Assembly (NCBI GenBank): GCA_046563655.1
Contig: CM102286.1
Span: 10,354,001 to 10,418,000, forward strand
Source of the DNA: Yuukianura sp. NJ FZ-2021
Taxonomy: Eukaryota
Reading direction: 5' to 3'
DNA length: 64,000 nt
Shown here: piece after piece, positions 38,501-50,355 of the stretch
How the letters are laid out: every line of letters starts with the position of its first letter
Position numbering within the stretch: the first letter of the stretch is position 1
Notes under the pieces: model-generated
What the model was told of the DNA's origin: nothing
Seen by the model: the letters and a program-made list of their open reading frames with translations, nothing else
The model's database searches: none
Made by a program: the position numbers and the translations under genes

Positions 38501-41500
38501 GACTCATTTCATTTTGTAAATTCTACCTTGGAATCTATTGCCGAAATGGAAGACAACTTGACGAGTAGTGTCGAGATTATTGACAAATTATTTGTCCTGT
38601 TTCTTCTAAAGGGAATTTCAGAATCTGCATGGCCCTGGCCAAATATTGGAGAAAACATTATTAGCAGCGATTGGGCGAAATTGGCACCAGGACTTGAAAT
38701 TGTAAAATCGGGAAAACTTATGGACATCCTTGCACAGTTTTCCTATTTGAGAAAAAATAGAGACGCAACTTATCAAGTTTTGCAAATACTCCCGAATTTG
38801 GAAGAAATAGAAAAGCAAGTTTTGAATGAATTGGAGCAATACAAAAAATTATCAAGAAGCAAAGAAAGTGTGATATTGGAATTTGCAAAACGGTGTGGTT
38901 TCCATCTTCCAAATCTCTTGCAACAAAGAATGACGCCAGTTTCATACATGTTCCCAGATGATCCGAAAGAAGTTGGTGCTTTAAGTCTACATTCAGAAGG
39001 TGAGAACTTGTTTACGAATTGCATGTACTATATTCCTATTGTGTTTCTTAATCTCCAGAGGAAAATCTTTAACCATTTTTTTTTTCGAAATTTAAAATTT
39101 TAGGAGAAGGGCTTAAGGAAATTGTTTCGGTGGCAACGTCTTTGCTTCTGGATTGCACATACAATTCAGCAGAGCGAAACGGAGTTTTGAGGGTTCTTGA
39201 AGTTGGCGCTGGTTCGGGAATCAGTTGCAGTGTGATTCTAGAAGCCTTCGCAAAGCTCAAAGTTCCTTTCAAATACAGTTTCACTGATATTTCACCACAC
39301 TTCCTAAACAAGGCGAAAAAGAAATTCAAAGATGGAGTTACATTTGCTTTGTTCAACATCGAAGACGATCCTCTTAGTCAAGGGTTTGCTCCAGAAGAGT
39401 TCGATGTCATCATTGGGATCAACGTTGTTCATGCAACTGCGGATATTTTGCAAACACTCAAAAACCTAAACATGGTACTTCGAGATGGCGGAATTCTCGT
39501 GCTCGGAGAGATGTTTGTGGATCTCACTTACATAAACTTGTCGTTTGGATTTTTGGACGGTTGGTGGAGGTCAACGGACGGGAGAGCTGGTTCACCACTT
39601 CTCACTCGAGATCAATGGAAGAGCGCTTTTGAACAAAGTGGACTTGTTCAAACAAAAATTTTTTCGTTTTTGAACGAAAGTTTCGGAGCTATAGCAGGAC
39701 AAAAAAGGCGTGAAAAATATCGGATCAATTCTGCGCTAACTGCGCAAACAGACATGGCATGTTGGCTAATTGCTACAGACGGAACCGAATTAGTGTCAAA
39801 ATTGTCACTAATGTTGCGCAGCGTTGGGCGTAGTGTGACACAATACGATTCATCGCAAAGTATTCCACATGGACTGGAGGGAGTGGTGTTCTTCTGGACG
39901 CAGGTTCGCAAAGAAGATGAAAACCAAGAAAGATGCAAACTGCTTCTGAGTTTGGTCCAGAAACTCGATTCTGCATATCAGACTAGCATGGTGAAGCCAA
40001 AACTAATTGTGGTTACACGAGGAGTCAATTATTTGTTCGATGCTAGTCCGGGAAATCCGAATTCTGCTACGGTGACTTCCTTTATTCGATCTTTTGCAAA
40101 CGAAAACAGAGACTTTAAAGTCACCGCAATTGACCTTGATCAGGATGAGGTCAATTTTGAAAGGGAGGCAGAGGAAACATTTGCCATGCTGTGGTCACAA
40201 GAAAACGAAATGTTTAGAGCAGTTCGAGAGGATCAAGTTCTTGTGCAGAGATTGACATTTGCTGACACAGCGAAGGACAAACTTTCATTTCCAAAGTCGA
40301 GTCGAATTCATGTAATTAAACCTGTCACTAACAATTTGAATGACTTGGAAATTTCCGTGGCTTCAAAAGTGACTCCAGTTGAGGATGAAGTTGAAATATC
40401 AGTGAGAGCAACGGGACTAAACTTCAGAGATCTCTTTCTTATTCTTCAACCAGAGGGATTTGTAGATCCAATAACTTACAATCCACAGCCAGGTTTAGAA
40501 GTTGCGGGAATAGTCTCGGCTACTGGACCATCTTGTACGAGATTTAAAATCGGCGACCCCGTTTTTGGAGCTGTACTAGGAAATGGACTGGCTTCACACG
40601 TCACAGTTTCCTCTCAATATTTGATTCGAAAACCCGACAATATGACATTTACATCTGCTGCAACTATTCCTGTTGCATTCCTCACATCTTTCTATGGACT
40701 GCTGGAACTGACAAAATTGAGGTCAAAAGAGCGAGTTCTCATTCACGTTGCCACTGGAGGAGTCGGGCTCGCAGCGATTCAAATTGCCAAGCATATTGGC
40801 GCTGAAATATTTGCAACAGCAGGCAGCAAACGGAAGCGAGCATACCTTAGATCCATTGGAATCCAACATGTCTATCACTCCAGAACCACGGACTTTGGTG
40901 ATGAAATTTTGAACGACACCAATGGCGCAGGAGTTGACGTTGTGCTGAACTCACTCACAGGTTGCGGTTTTAAAGAAGCGTCTCTTAAAGCTTGTGCTCA
41001 AAATGCTCGATTCATAGAAATTGGAAAAGTGAATATTTGGAGCAAAGAAGAAGTGCAAGCGTTACGTTCTGATGTAAAATATTTTATTCTGATTCTACCT
41101 TTGGGAGTTAAAAAAGAACAGCAAACAATATCAGAGATTATGGCTACAATCGAAACAGAATTGGGAAACGGGTTATACACTGCACTTCCCAATCAATCGT
41201 TTTCGCTGGATCGAGTTGGTGAAGCATTTTCATTTTTTCAAGGAGCAAAACACATCGGTAAGCTTGTTGTTACGATTCCGGAAACGAAGATTTCTCCAGA
41301 TAATGAAATTATCTTTGAACAACGAATTTTCCATCCGCAAAGTACATACCTCATTACGGGAGGGTTGGGTGGAATCGGCTTGGAAGTTGCTAAGTGGATG
41401 AGTAGATTAGGAGCCACCAACCTTGTTCTCGTTGGACGCAGTAAACCATCAAAATATGCCAACGAAGTGCTGTCGCTACTGAACAAAGAAGGATGCCGAA

Positions 41501-44169
41501 CAGTAGCACTTCAAGCAAATGTCGGGATTTATGAACACGTTGTGTCTCTACTTAAATACCTAAAAACTTCGAATTTTCCACCACTTCGGGGAATTATGCA
41601 TGCAGCAGGAGTACTATCTGATGGAGCAGTGGCGAATCAGTGTTGGAAAAATTTCGAAGAAGTGTTTCAACCAAAAGTTAATGGAACTTGGAACTTGCAC
41701 AATTTAACCCTCGGTTACGACTTGGAATTCTTCGTCCTGTTTTCCAGTGTAGCGTCAAATTTTGGAACACAAGGGCAGAGTAACCATTCAGCCGCAAATC
41801 GATTTTTGGACTCATTTGCACAGTACCGTCATTCTTTAGGTCTTCCTGCTTCTAGCGTTAATTTTGGCGCATGGGCTGAGGTAAGTACTTCTTAAATTGC
41901 ATGTTACTCAAATGGAAAAATATTGCAATATTTTATAAGTTTTTGATCTCAAACTTTTCCTAGGTTGGACTAGCAGTGGAGGGCGACATTCTTCGGAGTG
42001 AATTGCTTGGTATTCGCAGTTTTTCTCCAGAGCAAGGTTTGGCAGCTCTGCAAGATGTGATTCAAGAACACAGAGTCCAGTGTGGCATTTTGAATGTTTC
42101 CGATTGGGCCACAGTTAAAAATGCTTTCAAACTGGGAAACTACTTGGATGAAATTAGGTCTGGCAATCCAGTTTCAAAAAGCACAACTAGTGGGGAAATA
42201 TTGATCCAAACGGAAATCGCAGAAGCTATCGATGCAATAGAAAGACGGAAGAAGATTGAAGAATTTGTTCATACAGTTTTAAAAGAGACGATTCGTGTTG
42301 ACGCTGACGAAGAGTTGGACCCAGATAAACATTTTGCGGAGTTTGGAGTGGACTCTCTTATGACAATTGAACTGCGCAATCGTCTTCAAACTATTCTTCC
42401 AAAGAACCAATTACTTCTCAGCTCGATTCAAGCAAATCGTACAATTCGAAAACTTTCGAGTCACTTGGAAAATCTAATGACTTCTCAAGTTCCCGTTTCG
42501 CCACTGGAAGACATTGTTAGGCGTGATTCGGATTTACCGGAAGAAATTCAACCCACCGAAGTTTCACCTTCTAAACCAAGCGAATTCAAAGAAATTCTGG
42601 TAACAGGAGCCACAGGTCACTTGGGGGTCAACTTCATTCCAGCCCTACAAAAAGAAAATCCAAACTTGATCATCCATTGCATTGTGCGTGGAAAAAATTC
42701 AGCGGAAGCTAATGAACGATTAATGGAAACGCTGCGCTTGTATTCTTTGCTTCCTAAAATCAATTTCGAAAAAATCAGAGTTCTTGCGGGCGATTTGTCG
42801 AGAACAAATTTTGATCTTGCCGAGGAAGTTTATGACGATTTGACACGGCGTGTCGACGCAGTAGTGCACTGCGCAGCTAAAGCCAACCATGTAGAAGAGT
42901 ACGATGGACTTGGAGAAGATAGTGTACGCACGGTAAATGTGTTTGGTACCATTAACGTGTTGCGTTTCGCCACAACCGGTAAAACCAAAGCTATTTTGCA
43001 TGCATCTTCGATGATTACAATAACAACTGCTAACGCAGCAAGAATTTGTATGGAAGATTTCCCGGACAAAAACGACAATGGAATGTTTTTAAAAAATGGG
43101 TATGCGCTAAGTAAGTTTGTTTGTGAAAAATTAATGTCACAAGCTTTGGCTCGCGGCATACCGGTAACTGTCATACGCTATGTCAGTGTTTTTGGAGACA
43201 GCAAAACTGGATACATGCGCAATAACAACGATCATGGTTTGGCTATCTTGGCTTCGTGTATTCGTGTTGGCATGTTTCCTCCGTTGTGGAATGGAGGCTA
43301 TCCAATCATGCCCGTTGACGCAGCAGTAAATATTTCCGCCAAAATATTCTTGCGAGATTCATCTGAGACTGGAGTTTACAATTTGACGAGTTCCTCCACC
43401 ATATCGCGAGATGAGGTCAAGGAGGTTTTTGCTAAATTTGGAATACATGGAGAGTTTGTTCCATTTTCTAAATGGGTTGAAACTGTCTTCGCAGAAACTG
43501 ATTCCCGGAAGAACGACCTTTCTCCATTTCTGGAACTGTACCGTCACGATAACAGTCAAAAAAGCTCTGTAGTGAATATACATCCCCTTGGAACTGAATT
43601 GGCTACGCTGCAACTGAATCGTATAAGCGATAAGGTGCTCATCAACTGTCCAGAAGCTGCATCTGAAATAATGCCTACAAAACAATTCTTTGAACTAATT
43701 CTTCACTATTACGTTAATAATCGGAAAGATAGAGCTTAGAGTTACGAAAATGTGGTTTAAGAAAAGTAGATATGCAACCTTTAGTGTCACTTTCTATTAC
43801 GTACATTTTCCGCCAGAGTTTCCCGTCTCTTTCCGAAAAATTCAGTGGAAGCTTCAAACGTAATTTTACTTCTAGAGGTTTGCAGACTCAAATTTTGTCT
43901 CCAACTTGGATCGGTTTCATGTTAAATGGTGCTTGAACGAATTTGCTTAGGAAAATCGATTTCTATCGCATGTAATAACCAATAAATACGAAAGTGTTAC
44001 CCAATACAACTGAAACTTTTATTCAATATGTTGTTGCCGTTCCTCACAAATTGTCACAATAAAAAAAAAGTTTTCTCATGGAATTTCTGTAATTAGCACG
44101 TCTATAAACTGTATATAAGTGTTATAATAAACTTCTTGTAAAGACGATGTAAATAAATACCGTCAGGTC

Positions 44170-44600
44170 AATTATAGAGAGTTCCCGCGCAGGATATTGT
44201 TAACTTTGACCTCTGATATTGTTTGAGGTCACTGGAGGTCAAACAACAATCGGGATTTTAGTCCTCGCGTCGTTAAACATCCATTCCCGGAAACCATTTC
44301 CGCATCGGTTCATCCGTTCCAGAATTATAGAGAAAACGATGGCCTTGCGCCATGACCCTGTTAGAGGTCACTCGAGGTCATCAAAAGTCCATCAATGCAA
44401 ACCGCTTCCGAGTCTGTCCATTCGTTTCCGTATTGTAAATGGAGCATGACCTTGACCTTTGACATTTAGTGAATCCAAATCCAATTAGTCATCTGGTCAG
44501 TAGTTACTAATTAAAGAAAACCGCTTAAAAAACAGTGTAGTGGTTATCAAGGTATAAGCGTTACACATGGACGGACGGACGGACGGACGGCCAAGACGAT
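44170..44600. repeat. Interspersed repeat with TGACCT motifs and a (GGAC)n tail; possibly DINE/Helentron-like
   Basis: Multiple TGACCT/AGGTCA motifs and a GGAC microsatellite at 44569-44590; absent from unit B; resembles fragments at ~20290-20700 and ~49030-49260. Confidence 0.4.
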
Positions 44601-44772
44601 CCCTATAAGTATCTCACGATACTTAATAAATGGTCATCATGATCAGTGAGGATATGCTCTTCTGAGTGATCTACACTCGTAACAATAGAATACAATTGTA
44701 AAACAATACAACCGTAAGAGTTGCAAAATGACGCCGTAAACCATTGAGATGTATTTTGTACAACGTTTATTA

Positions 44773-47290
44773 CATAGTTATCAACTGCTGTGATGAAAGA
44801 TTTAGGATGATATGTACGGTTATGAACAATGTACGTTCCTTTTCTTGTTGAGGTAGTATTTTCTGAATAAGCCCCGATTTCATTTGGCATTGAACTGAAA
44901 TACGCGATATTGTGTTCAATAATTGAAGAGTAGATGAAAAGGTGATCCACGGTGCTCAAGTAGTGAGGTAAAAGCCAATTTAATCGTTGGACAGACGATT
45001 TCACACAATCACGTTTTTTCAATCCGAAAATGTAACGGATACACCGTCGAAATGTTTTGTTCACATAGTTGAATTTGTAATGCTTTGCTTTTGACCAAAG
45101 TACTATTAAGTAGCGTATTACTGGATATATGTATGCGCTGATCATTAGTTTTCTGTTCTGGAACGACAATAGGTGTTGAATTGGATGGAGAGACCATAGT
45201 ATTTTGTTACACTTTTTAACAACGCTGGTTATGTGCTCAGTCCATGAAAGAGTGTTGTCCAGTATCAAGCCAAGCGTTTTAAAAGAATCGACGTTCTCAA
45301 TTTCGGTGTTACGTACTTTGACTTGAAATCGACCAATACTTTTTATTTGGCTTGCTTTCCCAATAAGAAGCACTTTTGTTTTCTCTAAACTCAGACCCAT
45401 GTGGTTGTGATGAGTCCAGGAAGTTATGGAGGAAATTGTTTCTTCAGCTCTTCTGATTAATTGACGAAACTGGTCTGGCGGGCTTCCCATGACGATGTTG
45501 TTGTCATCCGCGAAAAGCACTGGTACTCCGTCTTTAATTGCAAGTGAGAGATCGTTTATCATAATGGAGAAAAGGAAAGGACCCAGTACTGAGCCTTGAG
45601 GAACTGATAAAATTGTTTCTCTGGATTGTGAAGTCACACCATTTACCTTTACACTCTGAGATCTGTCGTTCAAATATGATTCAAACCACGAAGATGAAAC
45701 GTTGTACCATCTCAGTTTTTCACAAAGAATGCCTTTGTTCACACTGTCGAAGGCTTTCTTTAAATCCATTGAAATAACCATACACAAATCACCGCGATTT
45801 AGATGGCTATAAATTAGTTCGGTGAGGGCTATTTGTGCCATTGTGGTAGAATGATGATCACGAAACCCAAATTGTGCACTACTGAGTAAACTGTGGCGAT
45901 TGAAGAATAATTTTAGCTGATTGAGGGCGAACTTTTCACATAATTTCGCAATTACTGGTTGTAGAGAAATTGGGCGTGTTTCGTTTGGATGTGATGGTTT
46001 GGGTACTTTAGGTAGCGGTATTACTGATGAATGTTTGAGACATTTAGGAAAAGTTCCACTTCTCAGCGTTTTGTTGATAAGGTAGATGATCTGTTTTTCA
46101 ATATTAGGTGATCCAAGGCAGTGTGCTAATATCCAGTTTGACATTCCAAAATTATCTTTGCTTTTGCTATTCTTGTTTTTTAGATTCTTCCAAGTTTGCT
46201 TGAACATTGAAGTGGTTACGTCGGAGAAACTAAACTGATCAGCGGGTGTGATGATGAGATCTGGTTTCGTTGGTAAAAGAGTAGAAACAAATTGTGGTGT
46301 GGTAATTGAAGTGAAATAGTCATTAATTTCGTCTGCTGAGAACTGCAGAATTTGATTTTTTGAATTTGCAGGTGAACGGATCTTTGCAATCGCTTTGAAT
46401 GGGCCAAGCTTTTTTATATCAATGTTGAGTGCGTCTCTCCTGTCTTGAGCGATTTTTAATTTCAATGACTTCGTAAGTTTTCTCAGATGTGCATGCTGGA
46501 CCTGGGACAGTGGTTTCATACTTTCTAACTTTCTTCTCTCTGTCATAAGCATTTTAGTGTGATCAGAAAGTACGAGTGGTAGTGGTCGCGGAACGAAGGA
46601 AACATTACGTACTTTAACTGTAGATTCAAAATTAGAATTGATTTTTGACATGGACGCAGTGAAGAGAGAGTCAAGATCATCTGTTTCTGAATTGTCAAAT
46701 GTTGTATAGATTGATTTCAATCCAAATTCTTCAAAATCAAAGTTGTTGTAGTCGTGGTATTGGAATGTCGTGTTTTTACTTTTGGTTTTGACAGATTCAC
46801 AGACACCGATGTAACACTGTGATCAGAAATGGACGGATCAAAGATCTTAACATCAAGTACAAGATCCGGATGATTGCAGAAAATTAAATCCAGAACAGAG
46901 TCACCACGGGTCGGAATTTTAACTAATTGTTTGAAGATAGCATTAAGGTGTTTCACTCCGTGTTTACATCTCTGAGGAATGTAAGAAGGGTTAAGGTTAA
47001 AGTCACCAAGCACAAACGAAGCATTCTTGATAATATTAAGTTCACTAAACAGTTTCACAATAGTGTCAAGGTCACAGTCAATGATTGCATGGTTGTAGTT
47101 TGGGATTCTGTAGACACTGCTGATTAATATAGATTTGTTGTAGTTTAATTGAATTTTTGCTGTGATCACTTCCATGTTCTTGTTTTCGGGTAATTCAATG
47201 TTTTTTACGTTAAATTTTAAAGATGATCGTAGGAGGATTCCGACTCCTCCTTTTCCTTGCCAGTCGCGATCTTTATAACAAAGACATGAC
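44773..47290 (-). mobile_element. Truncated non-LTR retrotransposon (LINE, CR1/L2/Jockey group) ORF2 with APE endonuclease and RT, frameshifted near 46740
   Basis: APE: GKGGVGILL, SSVYRIP, LGDFN, PTRGDSVLDLIF, ISDH. RT: RPISL, QFGFR, SMDLKKAFDSV, VPQGSVLGP, FADD. No ORF1 or poly(A) seen; absent from unit B. Confidence 0.9.
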
Positions 47291-47619
47291 AAAGTCGGCA
47301 GCTGTACCGTCTGTAGTACGTTTGGGGGCAAGCTTGTTTAACTCGAAATTTTGTGTAAATCGTCATTTGTATAAATGGCCATTTGTTTCTTTTTATTATA
47401 ATACGCCATTTGTATAAATGGTCGCTATAAAAATCTTGGTTTGGGGGCATATCCGATGTAACTTAAAGCTAAGGTTAAACGATCTGCGTTTTTGTTTCCG
47501 CGTTCAAAATTTTATCTTAGCTTAGTAATGGTTACTGTTAGATTTCAAAACAAACAGGTAGTTACAGGATTTTAATCTAGAATCGTAGAATTCACTTCTC
47601 CATTTAACTTAAATTGGAA

Positions 47620-48510
47620 ATATATACCGCGCTTATATCGCATTTTCACTCTTCGGAACCGCGCTTGCATTAGAGTGTGCGCTTCTATTAGAATGCGCGC
47701 TTGCATTAGAATAAATACGGTACTTTGATTGTACTAATTTGATTCAAATCAAAGTGTAGCACTTAAATACAAGTTTTAGAAAAGACGATCGTTTGATCTC
47801 AGTTTTAAGTTAAAAGTGGTTCAGTACACTTCTATTAATACCACGGATGGTACCGCAGCTCACTTCGGAATACACCGACAACAAGTCTTCAGTTGGCTGA
47901 AGTAACAGCATAAAATCCGTAAAAATTTAGCTAATTTTAGCTTTCGACTCGAGAAAACAACTTTCTAAAGAAGCAGACAAAATGGTTTACGACTGGATTT
48001 TAAATCAGCGCACCAACCAGCAACGTGTCTCCTTCAAATCTATTCGTGTGAAAGCTAGGGAAATTTATTCAGCAGTGCTCCAAACACACGAAGTTCAGGC
48101 CAGCAGTGGTTGGCTACAAAAATTTATGAAGTGCCATGACCTCAGTTTGAGAAAGGAAACGTCGTTGGCACAAAGGGATCCACATTCGCTGTTTGAAAAG
48201 CTTGTTGAGTTCGTCATTTACACTTCCAACCTCGCTGTTACGAATAAAATTCTATTTCACTCAAGACTACCATGTTAACTATTTATAACTATTGCAATTC
48301 TCGACTTTTCATATTTCAAATTTCATTTTTTAAGGAAATGAAAAGGCTTACTGAAGAAAGCAACAGTGACACCAGTAACGAAGGGGATCACTATTAATTG
48401 AATTTAGGCTCACTTAAAACTTATTAATTATTCCGGTAATAAATAGTGTTCTAATAGAGGCGCGTCCGAAAGGTCGAAAATTCTTATAAGCGGCGCGCTT
48501 ATATTAGAGC
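47620..48510 (+). mobile_element. Degenerate pogo/Tigger-like transposon remnant
   Basis: ORF 47982-48278 encodes a CENP-B-type HTH (VYDWILNQR...IRVKAREI...ASSGWLQKFMKCHDLSLRK); GCGCTT..ATTAGA subterminal repeats at 47660-47712 and ~48445-48510; no DDE domain. Confidence 0.8.
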
Positions 48511-48523
48511 ATTTACATTTACT

Positions 48524-48733
48524 TATCCGCTGTGACAATGGAACCTATTACACCAATTCCATTTCTAGAAGAGAAAGTTCGCTTCCCCAGTTTTTGGAGA
48601 ACGGCATCGGCAGCTATCGAAAAAATCCACACTAGGGATGTAGCAACAAGTCCAACAAAATTGCAACGCCAACAGGAACACCAATCAACTTCCCCAAATT
48701 CGATTCGGACCCCGCTTCACGTCCAGACTACAT
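48524..48733 (-). pseudogene. Inactivated paralog exon of the small membrane-protein gene at 62195-62672
   Basis: Colinear with 62468-62672 but ATG is followed by TAG (TCG in unit B). The homologous last-exon acceptor near 44721 reads CAA instead of CAG, and the intron is filled by the LINE and pogo remnant. Confidence 0.5.
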
Positions 48734-49347
48734 TCTGCAACAAAAGAAAATTAGCGACAACCTTTAACCGTGAACCGAAATATACTAACAAACATAGTCG
48801 TATTTGACGTTTACAACTGACCTAAGTTTGGTTGAAAATAAGTTGGTTAAATGCCGTACGTCCAAAACCAAACACTTTCATAAATGGTGACTTCGTTAAC
48901 ATAATTTGCTAAAATTGGCCAGTCAACGCCTTGTTGTAAAATTATTTCTCTAGAGAAGGATTTAGGATTGAGTACCACAGAGTTTGTAAACCTTATGCTT
49001 TTGAATGATAGCGTCTAAAACTTTAAAGAATCAAATAGAGTGAAAAACTCTTTCAGACTTAATTTTTTGATTTCCGTTAAAAACATACGTGACCTTGACT
49101 TTTGATACGGAAGTTGTCGGCTTCCTGTCAAGCCGGAAACCGATTAACCACCCCAACATCATTTGAGTGGGTGAAAACAGATTGAAAATCGGTCCAGTGG
49201 TTCCAGACGGACGGAGAGACTGACTCGTGGAAAAACATAAAGTATTCCCATGCTTTCACTACTTAATGCAACCCTTGTTCAAAACACCGCAATCAACATT
49301 AATATTTTGTTCATTTGAGATTGACGTAGTGAAACTGGGTTTTCCGC

Positions 49348-49758
49348 TAGTGCTTCAAGTTCGGGCCCAAAGTGAAAAGTTCGAACTTCGAACCTAAGTT
49401 CGAACTTTCTGAAGAGCAAGTTCGAACTTTCGAACCTTTTTTCCGTGCAAAAAGCAAGGGGCGGTGAAAAAAATGGTGAGGGTGATAAATTTCGCAATTC
49501 ACATCCGAAGTGCATTTCCCTCTGTATTTGAATTCTTTTTCAAAAACTAACCTAAAATAATAGGTTTAAAGTGCACTAAAGCTACTTTCAGTGGCAATAT
49601 ACTACGGCTTTGGTTGAAATACATGTATTATTGGATATTTGCCAATATTGACGTGTAAGTTCGAAGTCTTTTAAGTCAAGTTCGAACTTCGAACCTGGAA
49701 AAACAGCCAGGTTCGAGTTCGAAAGTTCGAACTCTAAAGTTCGAACTTGAAGCACTAG
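49348..49758. mobile_element. hAT-type MITE upstream of PKS copy 2
   Basis: TIR TAGTGCTTCAAGTTCG / CGAACTTGAAGCACTA; many GTTCGAAC palindromes; imperfect 8-bp TSD TTTTCCGC / TTTTCCCC; absent in unit A (~20785). Confidence 0.75.
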
Positions 49759-50355
49759 TTTTCCCCCTCCGTTTATGAATCATCGGCTACGTAGCCTCGT
49801 TGGGAAAATCGAAAAAGCCCACGTGTTGAAAAAAAAAATGTTCATTTCCAATTAGCATAACTACTGTAGTTGTGCGATAAATTAAAACGTATTCAAAAAT
49901 TTTTAAGTTCTTTTCTTGGAAGTAGTGGTGGGAAATTTTTAAAACCGTCTTAGTGTAATAGTTAAACGCAGTTTTACATTGGCGCATAATTAATTATACG
50001 TTAAATAAAGAGTAAACAGCGTGAGAAATTTGCGAATTTGAGTTGATTTCAAAAATTCTACATGATTTTTAATTAGAATTGTTTGGTTTTGACGTCAACA
50101 GAAGCAGACGTGCTTGTATTATCATCTTCATCAGTATTAAAGATATTATCTCAACATTGTTCTAATTAACTTTTGAGGTATAAATAAGATCCAAACTTTG
50201 CTTCAACGAAACAGTACATTTGCGAAAGGTTAAAACTTCAAACATCAATTACGGTTTAAATAAAATTTACATTGTACATACCCAAAACGTATCACAAACA
50301 TTGAATTAATTTCAATTAATTAGAAAGAAATTCATAGTTTCGAATCGTCACAACC

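Larger units (their letters stand above)
21352..43739 (+). pseudogene. Glycogenin-like(GT8)-KS-AT-DH-cMT-ER-KR-ACP-R polyketide synthase, copy 1, interrupted by an LTR retrotransposon. Exons 21352-21358, 21457-21601, 22764-22899, 23028-23187, 23243-23354, 23417-23636, 23717-24318, 24382-24570, 24636-24745+35570-35716, 35820-38999, 39104-41880, 41964-43739
   Basis: Exons sum to 9561 nt (3186 aa plus stop) with phase-compatible GT-AG introns. KS: IAVVGISCRFPG, ESGCSSS, HGTGT, KTNIGHSE. AT: GHSVG, HAFHS. DH: HPILG, DHRVAERIIFP, HPIILD. MT: VLEVGAGSG, NVVHAT. ER: LIHVATGGVG. KR: ITGGLGGIG. ACP: FGVDSL. R: VTGATGHLG, GYALSK. Confidence 0.9.

Noticed and set aside
35820..43739. Canonical animal fatty acid synthase
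   Set aside because: It ends in a reductase rather than a thioesterase, has an MT with an intact-looking SAM motif, a HAFH-type AT and an extra N-terminal domain.
43737..43760. Stop-codon readthrough signal at the end of copy 1
   Set aside because: Simplest explanation is a GAG-to-TAG substitution removing seven terminal residues relative to copy 2.
44603..44772. C-terminal part of the 705-aa RT ORF as LINE sequence
   Set aside because: 44625-44772 is homologous to host sequence 62130-62270, so the ORF simply reads through past the truncated element end.
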